From an uncultured Anaerolineaceae bacterium (GTDB taxonomy: Bacteria; Chloroflexota; Anaerolineae; Anaerolineales; E44-bin32), in the NCBI GenBank assembly GCA_964575425.1, contig CAZNRD010000002.1, positions 1,951 to 65,950 on the forward strand: a DNA stretch of 64,000 nt, given 5' to 3'. The position numbers were made by a program, and so were the translations under genes. Positions 8,796 through 17,828 of this stretch are shown here, one piece after another. Numbering within the stretch: the stretch's first letter is position 1; each line of letters starts with the position of its first letter. The notes beneath the pieces were generated by a model. That model saw only the letters and a program-made list of their open reading frames with translations. It had not been told where the DNA came from and did not search any database.

Positions 8796-8932
8796 GACAA
8801 CCTCCCTCAACAGCACGGCTGTCCCTTCGTATTATAGCACCGCACGACCATCCCTCTTCCGTTGACCTCTCCCTGGGTTCGCTGTTGAGGACGGAGATCC
8901 CCGCGGCCTTGCCTTCGGCGCGTTTCCCGAAG

Positions 8933-10081
8933 TCACATGCGCTCGAGGATTGTGGCCGTGGCCATGCCGTGGCCGATGCACATGGTCTGTAGGCCGTAAC
9001 GCCCTCCGCTGCGGTGGAGGCCATGGACCAGTTTGGTCATCAGGATGGCGCCGGTGGCACCGAGGGGGTGCCCATGGGCAATGGCGCCACCGTCGGGATT
9101 GAGGCGCGCCGGATCCACCGGGAATTCGGAGAGCCAGGCCAGCGTCACGGAGGCGAACGCCTCGTTGACCTCGAAGAGGTCGATGTCCTCCAGGCTGAGT
9201 CCTGCCTTGTGCAGCACCTGCCGCGTGGCTGGGATCGGCCCGTCGAGCATCAGCACCGGGTCGGTGCCGACGACAACACGCGCCACCACGCGCGCCGTGG
9301 GCCGCAACCCGTAGGTCTTCACCGCCCGCTCCGAGGCCAGCAGCAGGGCGGCAGCGCCGTCGCTGATCTGGCTGCTGTTGCCAGCGGTGATGACGCCGTC
9401 GGGCTTGAAGGCGGGCGGCAGGGCAGCCATCTTGGCGCGGTCGGGTGGGACGCGCACGCCCTGGTCGTGTTCGACCAGTCGAGTGCTGCCCTGACCGTCG
9501 GGCACAGGCACCGGAGTGATCTGAGCTGCCAGACGTCCCTCGCGGATGGCGTCGCCGGCCCGGATGTGACTCTCGTAAGCGAAATCATCCAGCGCCTCGC
9601 GGCTGAGGTGGAACTTCTCGGCCATCATCTCGGCGCTGATGCCTTGATGGACCAGCGCATAGGGAAAGTTGGCCGGCCATTCGCTGGAGTAGTCGCTTCC
9701 CAGTGGCTGATGCGACATCATCTCGATGCCCCCGCCGATGGCCAGGTCCAAGTCCCCGGCAAGGATTTCCTGGGCAGCAAAGTGAACGGCCTGCTGGCCC
9801 GAGCCGCACATGCGATTGAGCTGGACCGCCGGGACGGTGACCGGGAAGCCGGCCTGGAGGGCGGCCAACCGCGCGATGTTGGCTCCTTGATCGCCAATCG
9901 GGGTGACGCAGCCAAGGATGACATCCTGGACCTGCTCCGGCTCCACGCCGGCGCGGTGGACGACCTCGCGCAGTACGTGCGCCGCCAGATCGACGGGGGC
10001 CACCGGATACAGCGCTCCTGCCTGAGGCTTGCCCACGCCGATGGGCGTGCGAACGGCAGCGATGATGTACACTTCGGGCAT
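8933..10081 (-). CDS. Acetyl-CoA C-acetyltransferase (thiolase)
   Basis: 382 aa. VYIIAAVRTPIG, NRMCGSGQQAV (active Cys), GHPLGATG and CIGHGMA C-terminal motifs. Confidence 0.9.
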   Translation of the reverse strand: MPEVYIIAAVRTPIGVGKPQAGALYPVAPVDLAAHVLREVVHRAGVEPEQVQDVILGCVTPIGDQGANIARLAALQAGFPVTVPAVQLNRMCGSGQQAVHFAAQEILAGDLDLAIGGGIEMMSHQPLGSDYSSEWPANFPYALVHQGISAEMMAEKFHLSREALDDFAYESHIRAGDAIREGRLAAQITPVPVPDGQGSTRLVEHDQGVRVPPDRAKMAALPPAFKPDGVITAGNSSQISDGAAALLLASERAVKTYGLRPTARVVARVVVGTDPVLMLDGPIPATRQVLHKAGLSLEDIDLFEVNEAFASVTLAWLSEFPVDPARLNPDGGAIAHGHPLGATGAILMTKLVHGLHRSGGRYGLQTMCIGHGMATATILERM

Positions 10082-10250
10082 CGATGTCCTCCTGGGGTGA
10101 TGCTCCGGCCCGGCCGCTCGCGCTCTCGGCCGGTGTCCTTTTGCGCTCAGGATACGTCAGCAGTCCAGGCTCGTCAACGGCCGGGGCAACCCTCGCTGTC
10201 GTGTAATGGAGCCTCAGGGGACAAATCCATGTCACGGGAGGTCCGACCAC

Positions 10251-11486
10251 ATGACCAGCGACAATCAACGCCGCCTGCCTCGCAACGTCTGGATCGTGAC
10301 GCTGACCTCGTTCCTCACCGACATCTCGACCGAGATGGTGACGAACCTCCTGCCTCTCTTCCTGTTCACCGTCCTCGGAGTCCGGACCGGCATCATCGGC
10401 CTGATCGAAGGTGTGGCCGAGACCACCGCCAGCTTGCTGAAAGCCTTCTCGGGGTGGCTTTCGGACCGCATCGGCCGGCGCAAGGTATTGGCCGTCCTGG
10501 GATACGGTCTCTCAACCGCTGCCAAACCTTTCCTGTACTGGGCCACCTCGTGGTGGTGGGTGTTGGGTGTGCGCTTTGCCGATCGGGTAGGGAAAGGGCT
10601 GCGCACCGCGCCGCGCGACGCGCTGGTGGCCGACAGCACAGGAGGCGAGCACCGGGGGCTGGCATTTGGCCTGCACCGCGCCGGCGACACAGCGGGGGCC
10701 GTCGTCGGGATCGGCTTGGCACTCGCGGTGTTGGCGGCTGTGGGTCAGGGGGGCACGTTGGATCGTCAGGTGTTTCAGACGGTCGTCCTAGTCAGCCTGG
10801 TCCCGGCTGCATGCGCCGTGGGGGTGCTGGCCATCGGCGCGCGTGAACCACGTGCGGTGAAGGCAACAAGGGCTAGACCACCGTTCAGCCTCCGGGGCCT
10901 GGATCGTAGGTTCCTTCTGTTCCTGGGAGTCGTGCTGCTCTTCACCCTGGGCAATTCCTCGGATGCATTCCTGATCCTGCGCGCCCAGTCGGCTGGGCTC
11001 TCGGTGTCGGCGGTCCTGGGGGTGATGATCGTCTTTAACCTGACGTATGCGTTGGTTTCCAGCCCGGCCGGCGCTCTTTCCGACCGAGTCGGTCGGCGGC
11101 GGCTGCTGGTTCTTGGCTGGCTGCTGTATGCGGCGACGTACTTCGGCTTTGCCCGTCTGGCGGCGGGCTGGCAGGCCTGGATGTGGATGGCGGTGTACGG
11201 CATCTACTACGCCCTGTCCGAGGGCGCGGCTCGCGCGTTGGTGGCAGACCTGGTGCCAGCAGAGCGGCGTGGGACTGCTTACGGGGTGTACCACGCTGCG
11301 GTCGGGCTGGCTGCGTTTCCCGCCAGCCTTGTGGCCGGGATCCTGTGGCAGGGAGTGGGCCGGTGGCAGGGCTTTGGCCCGCCGGCGCCTTTCCTGTTCG
11401 GCGCGGCGCTGGCGCTCCTCTCGGCTGTGCTGCTGACGGTCCTGCCGATCACCCCGAAGGCTCAGCAGAAAGGTGATCTGCCATGA
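10251..11486 (+). CDS. MFS transporter
   Basis: About 12 hydrophobic segments. GWLSDRIGRRKVL loop motif between TM2 and TM3, repeated as LSDRVGRRRLL in the second half. ATG at 10251 follows GGGAGG. Confidence 0.8.
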   Translation: MTSDNQRRLPRNVWIVTLTSFLTDISTEMVTNLLPLFLFTVLGVRTGIIGLIEGVAETTASLLKAFSGWLSDRIGRRKVLAVLGYGLSTAAKPFLYWATSWWWVLGVRFADRVGKGLRTAPRDALVADSTGGEHRGLAFGLHRAGDTAGAVVGIGLALAVLAAVGQGGTLDRQVFQTVVLVSLVPAACAVGVLAIGAREPRAVKATRARPPFSLRGLDRRFLLFLGVVLLFTLGNSSDAFLILRAQSAGLSVSAVLGVMIVFNLTYALVSSPAGALSDRVGRRRLLVLGWLLYAATYFGFARLAAGWQAWMWMAVYGIYYALSEGAARALVADLVPAERRGTAYGVYHAAVGLAAFPASLVAGILWQGVGRWQGFGPPAPFLFGAALALLSAVLLTVLPITPKAQQKGDLP

Positions 11487-12613
11487 GTCGATGGCCGAAT
11501 TCGGTGCGCGCACCGGTCCGACGCCTGAGGGCAGAGCGCTACCTGACGCTCACCCTCGTGAGCTTCTCGCTTTCGGTCATGGTCACCCGCCTTCTTCTCT
11601 ACCTCACCGGCTATCCCCAACTGGGCGCCGGGCCACTCCACATTGCCCATGTGCTGTGGGGTGGAATGCTGCTTTTCGCCGCCGCGCTGCTGCCGCTGCT
11701 GTGGGCGAATCGCTGGGTCTACACAACGGGCGCACTGCTCGCCGGCGTCGGCGTGGGACTGTTCATCGATGAGGTGGGCAAGTTCATCACCCAGAACAAT
11801 GACTACTTCCACCCGGCTGCAGCCCCCATCATCTATGCCTTCTTCCTGCTGACGGCTCTGCTTCTGCTCCAGGTCCGCCGAACGCCGACGGGAGGCCCGC
11901 GCCTCGACCTGTATCACGCGCTGGAGTCGCTGGAAGAGGTTCTCGAACATGACCTCGAGCCGGATGAGCACCGGGATCTGATGGAACGCCTGGACCGCGC
12001 CTCGCGTGCCGCAACCCAGCCGGACCTCGCCCGGCTGGCAGGGTACCTGCTTGCCTTCCTGCACGATGAGAAGATCTGCCTGGCACCCGCAGCGCCCGAT
12101 GTGTGGGAAAGAACGATGCGGTCGTGGAGGGCCTTCGAGATCCGTTGGCTGCCGCGCCGGCGGCTGCGGGTGCTGGCGGTCCTGGGGCTGGCGGGGCTTG
12201 GTGCGGCGGCGCTCGTCCAGCTGGGGACGCTGTTGATCGCGGTCCGGTCCCCGGAGGCGCTGGCGAGGGCGGTGGAGAACTTGGTGCGGCTGGGTCGGGT
12301 CTCGGGTTCGGTTGGCCTCGGTTGGTTCCTGGCTCGAGTGGCGCTCGAGGGTACGGTCGGATTGCTCCTGTGGGTGGCGGCGGTGTTCATCGTGGCAGGA
12401 AGAGAGCACGGTGGCTTCCGCCTCGGCGCTCTGGCGCTTCTGCTCTCGCTGACCACCGTCGATCTGCTGCTGTTCTACTTCGAGCAGTTCTCCACCTTCG
12501 GCCTGGCGGCACTGCAGGCGCTGCTCTTGCTTGGCGTATGGCACTATCAGCGCCGCTACCTCAACCCTGCAGCCATGCGGCGGAGAAGGATCTCGGAGAC
12601 CAGGCAGGCCTAG
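11483..12613 (+). CDS. Polytopic membrane protein, unknown function
   Basis: 376 aa. The start overlaps the MFS stop (ATGA). TM-rich N- and C-terminal parts flank a soluble helical middle. No motif recognised. Confidence 0.55.
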   Translation: MSRWPNSVRAPVRRLRAERYLTLTLVSFSLSVMVTRLLLYLTGYPQLGAGPLHIAHVLWGGMLLFAAALLPLLWANRWVYTTGALLAGVGVGLFIDEVGKFITQNNDYFHPAAAPIIYAFFLLTALLLLQVRRTPTGGPRLDLYHALESLEEVLEHDLEPDEHRDLMERLDRASRAATQPDLARLAGYLLAFLHDEKICLAPAAPDVWERTMRSWRAFEIRWLPRRRLRVLAVLGLAGLGAAALVQLGTLLIAVRSPEALARAVENLVRLGRVSGSVGLGWFLARVALEGTVGLLLWVAAVFIVAGREHGGFRLGALALLLSLTTVDLLLFYFEQFSTFGLAALQALLLLGVWHYQRRYLNPAAMRRRRISETRQA

Positions 12614-12771
12614 ACTGATTTCGACGGCAGGCGCACCAGAGGAGGGAATGGGCCGGCCGCGAAGCCGACCACGCTCCGGTGCCGCCCGCCGACGCCTTCT
12701 TTGAATGTTGGGCCTGCCGGATCCCTGAGCCGCTGTATACTCGGATGGGTGTGCACGAAGGAGGAGGTTCC

Positions 12772-13746
12772 ATGGACAAGCCCCAGCTGCTCTACCTTTC
12801 GCGTGCTGATGTCGAGGCCGTCGCCCTGGATATGAAGACCATCATCGAGCGTCTGGAGGAGGCCTTTCGTGAAAAGGGGCAAGGTGGAGTGGAGATGCCG
12901 CCCAAGCCCGGGATTCACACGCAGCCCGACGCCTTCATCCACGCCATGCCCGCGTTCATCCCCTCGCTGCGCTCGGCGGGCATCAAGTGGGTCAGCGGCT
13001 ATCCGGCCAATCAGCAGCGCGGCCTGCCCTACATCTCCGGGCTGCTGATTCTGAACGACGTCGAGACCGGGTTGCCCTATGCGGTGATGGACTGCACCTG
13101 GATCACCGCCTACCGCACCGGCGCGGCCACGGCACTGGCGGCCAAGTACCTGGCTCGCCAGGGCAGCGAGGTGGTCGGCATCCTGGCCTGCGGCGTGCAG
13201 GGACGCACCAACCTCGAGGCCCTGGCCGTCCTCTTCCCCATCCGCCGCGTTTACGCGTATGACATCGTGCCCGAGGCGCAGGAGCGCTACGTGCAGGAGA
13301 TGTCGGCCACACTCGGGGTGGAGGTCATCGGCGTGTCCGAGCCGCGCGCGGCCGTCGTCGAAAGCGACCTGGTCGTGACTTCCGGCCCTATTCTCAAGCA
13401 TCCCACACCCATCATCCAGCCCGGCTGGCTGCGGCCGGGAGCGTTCGGCAGCGCCGTGGATTTCGACTCCTACTGGACGTCCGACGCCATGCGCGAGATG
13501 GACAAGATCAGCACGGACGATCACGAGCAGTTCCGCTACTATCGCAGCGTCGGCTACTTTGCCCAGACCCCCGATCCCTATGCCGACCTGGGCGAGCTGG
13601 TCACCGGCCGCAAGCCAGGGCGTCAGCGCGACGACGAACGCACGCTGGCCATCAACCTTGGATTGGCGCTGGATGACATGGCCGTGGCACCGGAGATCTA
13701 CCGTCGGGCGAAGGAGAAGGGCCTCGGGCACTGGCTGCCACTCTGA
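12772..13746 (+). CDS. Ornithine cyclodeaminase / mu-crystallin family protein
   Basis: ITAYRTGAATALAAKYLAR and GILACGVQGR (NAD Rossmann). ATG at 12772 follows GAAGGAGGAGG. Confidence 0.85.
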   Translation: MDKPQLLYLSRADVEAVALDMKTIIERLEEAFREKGQGGVEMPPKPGIHTQPDAFIHAMPAFIPSLRSAGIKWVSGYPANQQRGLPYISGLLILNDVETGLPYAVMDCTWITAYRTGAATALAAKYLARQGSEVVGILACGVQGRTNLEALAVLFPIRRVYAYDIVPEAQERYVQEMSATLGVEVIGVSEPRAAVVESDLVVTSGPILKHPTPIIQPGWLRPGAFGSAVDFDSYWTSDAMREMDKISTDDHEQFRYYRSVGYFAQTPDPYADLGELVTGRKPGRQRDDERTLAINLGLALDDMAVAPEIYRRAKEKGLGHWLPL

Positions 13747-13780
13747 GGCACACGTCGGTGCATTGGAGGGACGATTGACT

Positions 13781-14593
13781 GTGACGCGGATGCGTCGCTG
13801 GTCGCGCGCCGTCTATCACCTGACATCGATTCCGCTGCTCCTGGCCGGCTTCCGGGAGTGGGGTGCCATGGCGCGGGCCTTCCTGCGACGCTCAGGCGGC
13901 AGTCCCTTCACGGTCACCCTGCGCCGGAGCGGGCTGCGATTCCGTGTGCGCAGCGCCATGGATGTGTGGGTGCTGCGCGAGACCTGCCTTGGCCGCGAGT
14001 ACGAGCAGTTTGGAATGGAGCTCCAGGACGGCTGGACGTACATCGACGTGGGCGCGGCCTTCGGCGACTTCGCCATCTGGGTGGCGCACCGGCGCCCGCG
14101 CAGCGTCGTGTACGCGTGCGAACCGTTCCCGCAGTCATTTGATCTCCTGCAGCAAAACCTGACTCTGAATCGAATCGGCAACGTCAAGCCGTTTCCCTAC
14201 GCGCTCGCGGCGCGCTCGGGTCCGGTGCGGCTGTACCGTTGCGCCCGGGAGGCGGTGGAGTTCAGCACGGTGGGAGCGGATCCGCGTGCAGAAGGGCTCG
14301 AGGTGGAAGGAATCTCCCTCGACGATCTTTTCCGCGCACTGGCGCTGGAGCGCTGCGATTTCCTGAAGATGGATTGCGAGGGCGCGGAGTTCGAGATCCT
14401 GTTGGCCGCCAGCCGCGAGACGCTGGGCCGCATCCAGCACTTGTGTCTGGAATATCACGATGGCGTGACCGTGCACTCTCATCAGGATTTGGCCGAGTTC
14501 CTGAGGCGGCACGGGTTCGAAGTGAGCGCGAAACCGAATCGCGCCTGGCAGGGCCTGGGCCTGCTCTTCGCCAGCCGCAGCCTATTGGGCTGA
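13781..14593 (+). CDS. FkbM-family SAM-dependent methyltransferase
   Basis: YIDVGAAFGDFAIW (SAM GxG), CEPFPQSFDLLQQNLTLN and FLKMDCEGAEFEIL. GTG at 13781 or ATG at 13790, after GGAGGG. Confidence 0.75.
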   Translation: MTRMRRWSRAVYHLTSIPLLLAGFREWGAMARAFLRRSGGSPFTVTLRRSGLRFRVRSAMDVWVLRETCLGREYEQFGMELQDGWTYIDVGAAFGDFAIWVAHRRPRSVVYACEPFPQSFDLLQQNLTLNRIGNVKPFPYALAARSGPVRLYRCAREAVEFSTVGADPRAEGLEVEGISLDDLFRALALERCDFLKMDCEGAEFEILLAASRETLGRIQHLCLEYHDGVTVHSHQDLAEFLRRHGFEVSAKPNRAWQGLGLLFASRSLLG

Positions 14594-14785
14594 GCGCTCA
14601 GGTTTTCGAGGCGCGGAGCGAACCCCCGGGCCCTCTGCGGCCGGCGCGGCGACAGGTTTGCCCGAAGAGGCAGAGGGTCGGCCGGCCCCGCGGCCATACG
14701 ATTCCGGCGGGTGGCATGCCGTCAGCGAGAGCGAAGGCGTGCCATCCGCCGGGCAGAGCATCAAGCCGGCCGTACAGGCCCGCGG

Positions 14786-15295
14786 CTAAGGGTACTCGAA
14801 GATCTTTTCCCCGGCTCGAATGGCGACCTTGAGCCGGTTCTCCGGCGGGGTGATCGGGCAGGACCAGGCGTCGTTGTAGGCGCAGTAGGGGTTGTAGGCC
14901 AGATTGAAGTCCACGACGAAGCGGCCGTCGGCAAGCTCCTCGGGCTCGAGGTAGCGGCCGGCACCGTAGGTCTCTTTGCCGGCGAGTGCGTCGCTGAATG
15001 GAAGGAAGAAGCCCTGGTCGCTGCGGTACAGCGTCAGCCGGGCTTCTTGCACTTCGACGCGGAAGCGGAACTCGCCGAAGCGCTCGTAGGTCTGCACATC
15101 GCCGGTGGTGGTCTGCATCGAGACGAAGGTCTTCTCAGGAAACTCCTCGCTCTCGACGACCAGGGTTAGTTCGGGGTTCGGCGGGAAGTAGCGCAGGCCG
15201 CTGAAGGTTCGCTGCTGCGCGGGCGTCAGTGGGCTGTAGGGGCTGGAGCGGAGGAACTCGTCCTTCTGACGCCGGAAGGCCTCGTAGTCGATCAT
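14786..15295 (-). CDS. DUF1684 domain protein
   Basis: 169 aa from the internal ATG at 15295. The sequence YFPPNPELTL...GKETYGAGRYL...DFNLAYNPYCAYNDAWSCPITPPENRL is characteristic. The upstream part of the 367-aa ORF is Arg/Gly junk. Confidence 0.75.
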   Translation of the reverse strand: MIDYEAFRRQKDEFLRSSPYSPLTPAQQRTFSGLRYFPPNPELTLVVESEEFPEKTFVSMQTTTGDVQTYERFGEFRFRVEVQEARLTLYRSDQGFFLPFSDALAGKETYGAGRYLEPEELADGRFVVDFNLAYNPYCAYNDAWSCPITPPENRLKVAIRAGEKIFEYP

Positions 15296-15364
15296 GGTGT
15301 GCTCCTCTCCAGCCGGAGTGTAACATGGGGTGCCCTGCCTCGCCTCCGGTATACTGAGTTGCTG

Positions 15365-16300
15365 ATGGACTCCGTTGAGCACCAGATGGGACGCCGCGCC
15401 GAGCTGCTCCTGGCCTACGACTGGCCTTACGACGAGCCGTTCATCGTCCTGCTGGCCTCGCGGCTCGAGGCGCACGGGGCTTCTCTCGAGACGGTCTCGC
15501 CGCGCAACCTCGAGCAGACCCTGCAGCGAGCGCATCAAGGCCGGCTGCATGCTCACGCCTATCTGGACCGCGCCTCGGACACCTCGCCCGAATTCGCCCC
15601 CCTGGATGAGTGGGCAGAGCAGCACGTCTCTCTGCACATCAATCCCGGCGACCACCGGCGCCGCGTTTGGTACAAGACCAACTTGCACTGGGCATTCATC
15701 GCGGCCGGCATCCACACGCCCTACACTATCGCCATCCCCTCCCTGCACCGGCAGCCAGAACTGTCGCCGCCGCACGACCTGGCTGCCCTGGGCCGACCGT
15801 TCTCCATCAAACCCGACCTCGGCGGCGGTGGATGGGGAGTGATCACCACGGCCCAGAGTTGGGAGGATGTGGCCAGCGCACGCCGCCACATGCCGGGCGA
15901 TGATCTGATCCTGCAGGAGTTCGTGGAGCCCGATGTGATCGCTGGTCGCCGCGCCTGGTTCCGGGTGCTCTATGCTTGCGGTCAGGTCTTTCCATGCTGG
16001 TGGGACGACCGGACGCGGCTCTTCGGCCCTCCGGTATCTGGCGAGGAGCGAGGAACCCTGGGGCTCGATCCGTTGTGGGAGATTGCCGCGACGGCGGCTC
16101 GCATCGCTGGCATCGGGCTGTTCTCTACCGAGGTCGCCCGCGTCGCCGATGGGCGGTTCATCGTCGTCGACTACGTCAACGACCCGGTCGACCTGCGCTT
16201 TCTGCCATATGCCCGTGAGGGAATGCCAGCTGAGGTCGCCCTGGCAGTGGCCGAAGCCATTGCTGGCTGGGTGACCGCGCAGGCCGTTCCCGCAGCGTGA
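15365..16300 (+). CDS. ATP-grasp-like domain protein (weak assignment)
   Basis: RPFSIKPDLGGGGWGV, LILQEFVEP and FIVVDYVNDPVDL resemble ATP-grasp core strands. The ATG lies 9 nt after a TATACT -10 box (15350-15355). Confidence 0.5.
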   Translation: MDSVEHQMGRRAELLLAYDWPYDEPFIVLLASRLEAHGASLETVSPRNLEQTLQRAHQGRLHAHAYLDRASDTSPEFAPLDEWAEQHVSLHINPGDHRRRVWYKTNLHWAFIAAGIHTPYTIAIPSLHRQPELSPPHDLAALGRPFSIKPDLGGGGWGVITTAQSWEDVASARRHMPGDDLILQEFVEPDVIAGRRAWFRVLYACGQVFPCWWDDRTRLFGPPVSGEERGTLGLDPLWEIAATAARIAGIGLFSTEVARVADGRFIVVDYVNDPVDLRFLPYAREGMPAEVALAVAEAIAGWVTAQAVPAA

Positions 16301-16306
16301 GCCACC

Positions 16307-17359
16307 TCATTCGGCCAGCAGGTACTCGACAATCCAGCGCGCCGTGGCCATCAGGGCCTCGCGGTGTGTGCGCTCGTAGTTGTGTGATGCGTCGACGCCG
16401 GGGCCGATGAGGGCGGCCCGGATGTCGGCGCCGGCCTGCCAGGCAGCCTCGGCGTCGGAGCCATAGAAAGGATATGTGTCCACCCGATAGGGAATGGCAG
16501 CGGCGTCGGCCAATGCGCGCAGCTTCTCCGACAGGCCCGCATGGTACGGGCCGCCGGAATCCTTCAGGCACAGCGTGGCGTGGAACTCATCCGACGCCTG
16601 CCCCTCGCCCACAGGCGCCATGTCGACCGCCACCACCTCCACCACCTCGGCTGGAAAGGCTGCTGCCGCCCCGTGTCCGACCTCCTCGAAGTGACTAAAG
16701 TACATAAACGTGTCCTGTTCCGGGACCATCCCCGCGCTCCGAAGCGCCCGCGCCGCCGCCACCAGGCACGCTACGCCGCTCTTGTCGTCGAGATGGCGGG
16801 AGCGGACGAATCCGCTGGCGCTGATCTCAGGCCGCGGGTCGAAGGCTACAAAATCGCCGACCTCGATGCCGAGGGAGCGCGTTGCCTCAGCCGCCTGCGT
16901 GCGCTCGTCGAGACGCACCTCCATCGTCGACTCCTCCCGTTTGATGTCGCCGACTTCCTTGCTGAAGATATGGGCAGAGGCCTTGGTGACCAAGAGGGTG
17001 CCGCGCACGGTCCGCCCCGAGCGGGTGAACACGGTGCAGCCCTCGCCCTCCACTGTATTCCAGGCGAACGAACCGACTTCCGTCAGGCGCAGACGGCCGT
17101 TAGACTTGATTTCCTTGACCATGGCGCCCAGCGTGTCGACGTGGGCCGTGAGTCCGCGTGGCACCTCCCTCGACCGGCCGCGCCACTCGGCCAAGAGTCC
17201 GCCCTTCCTTGTCCGTCGCGAGGTCAGGCCGAGGTCCGCCAGGGCACCCTCGACATGGGCGAGCGCGGGTTCCGCGCGGCCGGTGGGGCTGGGGATCTGC
17301 AGCAGCGCCAGCAGGAACTCGGTCAGAAACGTACTATCGATGTCGGGCGCTTTCGCCAT
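16307..17359 (-). CDS. M42-family metallo-aminopeptidase (FrvX/YpdE-like)
   Basis: 350 aa from the ATG at 17359, preceded by AAGGAG. LTAHVDTLGAMV, RHLDDKSG, FSHFEEVGHGAA and GPGVDASHNYER are metal-ligand motifs. Confidence 0.8.
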   Translation of the reverse strand: MAKAPDIDSTFLTEFLLALLQIPSPTGRAEPALAHVEGALADLGLTSRRTRKGGLLAEWRGRSREVPRGLTAHVDTLGAMVKEIKSNGRLRLTEVGSFAWNTVEGEGCTVFTRSGRTVRGTLLVTKASAHIFSKEVGDIKREESTMEVRLDERTQAAEATRSLGIEVGDFVAFDPRPEISASGFVRSRHLDDKSGVACLVAAARALRSAGMVPEQDTFMYFSHFEEVGHGAAAAFPAEVVEVVAVDMAPVGEGQASDEFHATLCLKDSGGPYHAGLSEKLRALADAAAIPYRVDTYPFYGSDAEAAWQAGADIRAALIGPGVDASHNYERTHREALMATARWIVEYLLAE

Positions 17360-17804
17360 GGCTTGCTCCTTGCGACGGGTCACGCTGCGCGGTCTGGCTC
17401 TCCGCCGTCGGGTCTGGCGGGGTTGTCCGCTGGCGCGCGCGGGCCAGGCCAAGCCGAAGCAGTGCGCCTGAGAGCAGGAACGGACCGCCCAACAGAATGG
17501 CGATCAGGATCTGGTTGCGTCCCGCCACGATTGCGGCAAAGGCACAGAGCGCTGCCCCGGCGATCAGGAGCAGCAGGCTGCCGATGCCCTGCCACTGCCA
17601 GGCAGCAACCAAGGCCGCTGCGCCGAAAGCGACGAGCGCCGCCAGGAGGACAGCCTCCAAGGACCACGGAGTGCTGGGGCCGACGAGTCCCATCATCACG
17701 GCGAACAACCAGAAGGCAGACGCGGCGGTCCCAAGACCCAACCCGGCTCGCCGCAACCACCCCGCGCTCCCCGTCATTTGCAGCTTCTCCTCATCGGGCA
17801 GCAT
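17334..17804 (-). CDS. Small membrane protein, unknown function
   Basis: 156 aa with four hydrophobic segments rich in Ala/Leu/Gly. The 3' end overlaps the M42 start by 26 nt. Codon usage looks genuine, but no family was recognised. Confidence 0.45.
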   Translation of the reverse strand: MLPDEEKLQMTGSAGWLRRAGLGLGTAASAFWLFAVMMGLVGPSTPWSLEAVLLAALVAFGAAALVAAWQWQGIGSLLLLIAGAALCAFAAIVAGRNQILIAILLGGPFLLSGALLRLGLARARQRTTPPDPTAESQTAQRDPSQGASHGESARHR

Positions 17805-17828
17805 GCATCCCCCGCCCTCGGCCGGTTC

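Noticed and set aside
9014-10846. 610-aa plus-strand ORF across the thiolase gene and into the MFS gene
   Set aside because: It is antisense to, or out of frame with, two well-supported genes. It has extreme Arg/Gly/Pro/Asp composition and no domain signatures, so it is a high-GC artefact.
14594-14785. 192-bp GC-rich spacer with long imperfect hairpins between the FkbM methyltransferase and DUF1684 genes (candidate tRNA/sRNA)
   Set aside because: There is no cloverleaf, T-loop (GTTCRANYC) or other RNA-family signature. The genes are convergent, so the hairpins are most simply transcription terminators.
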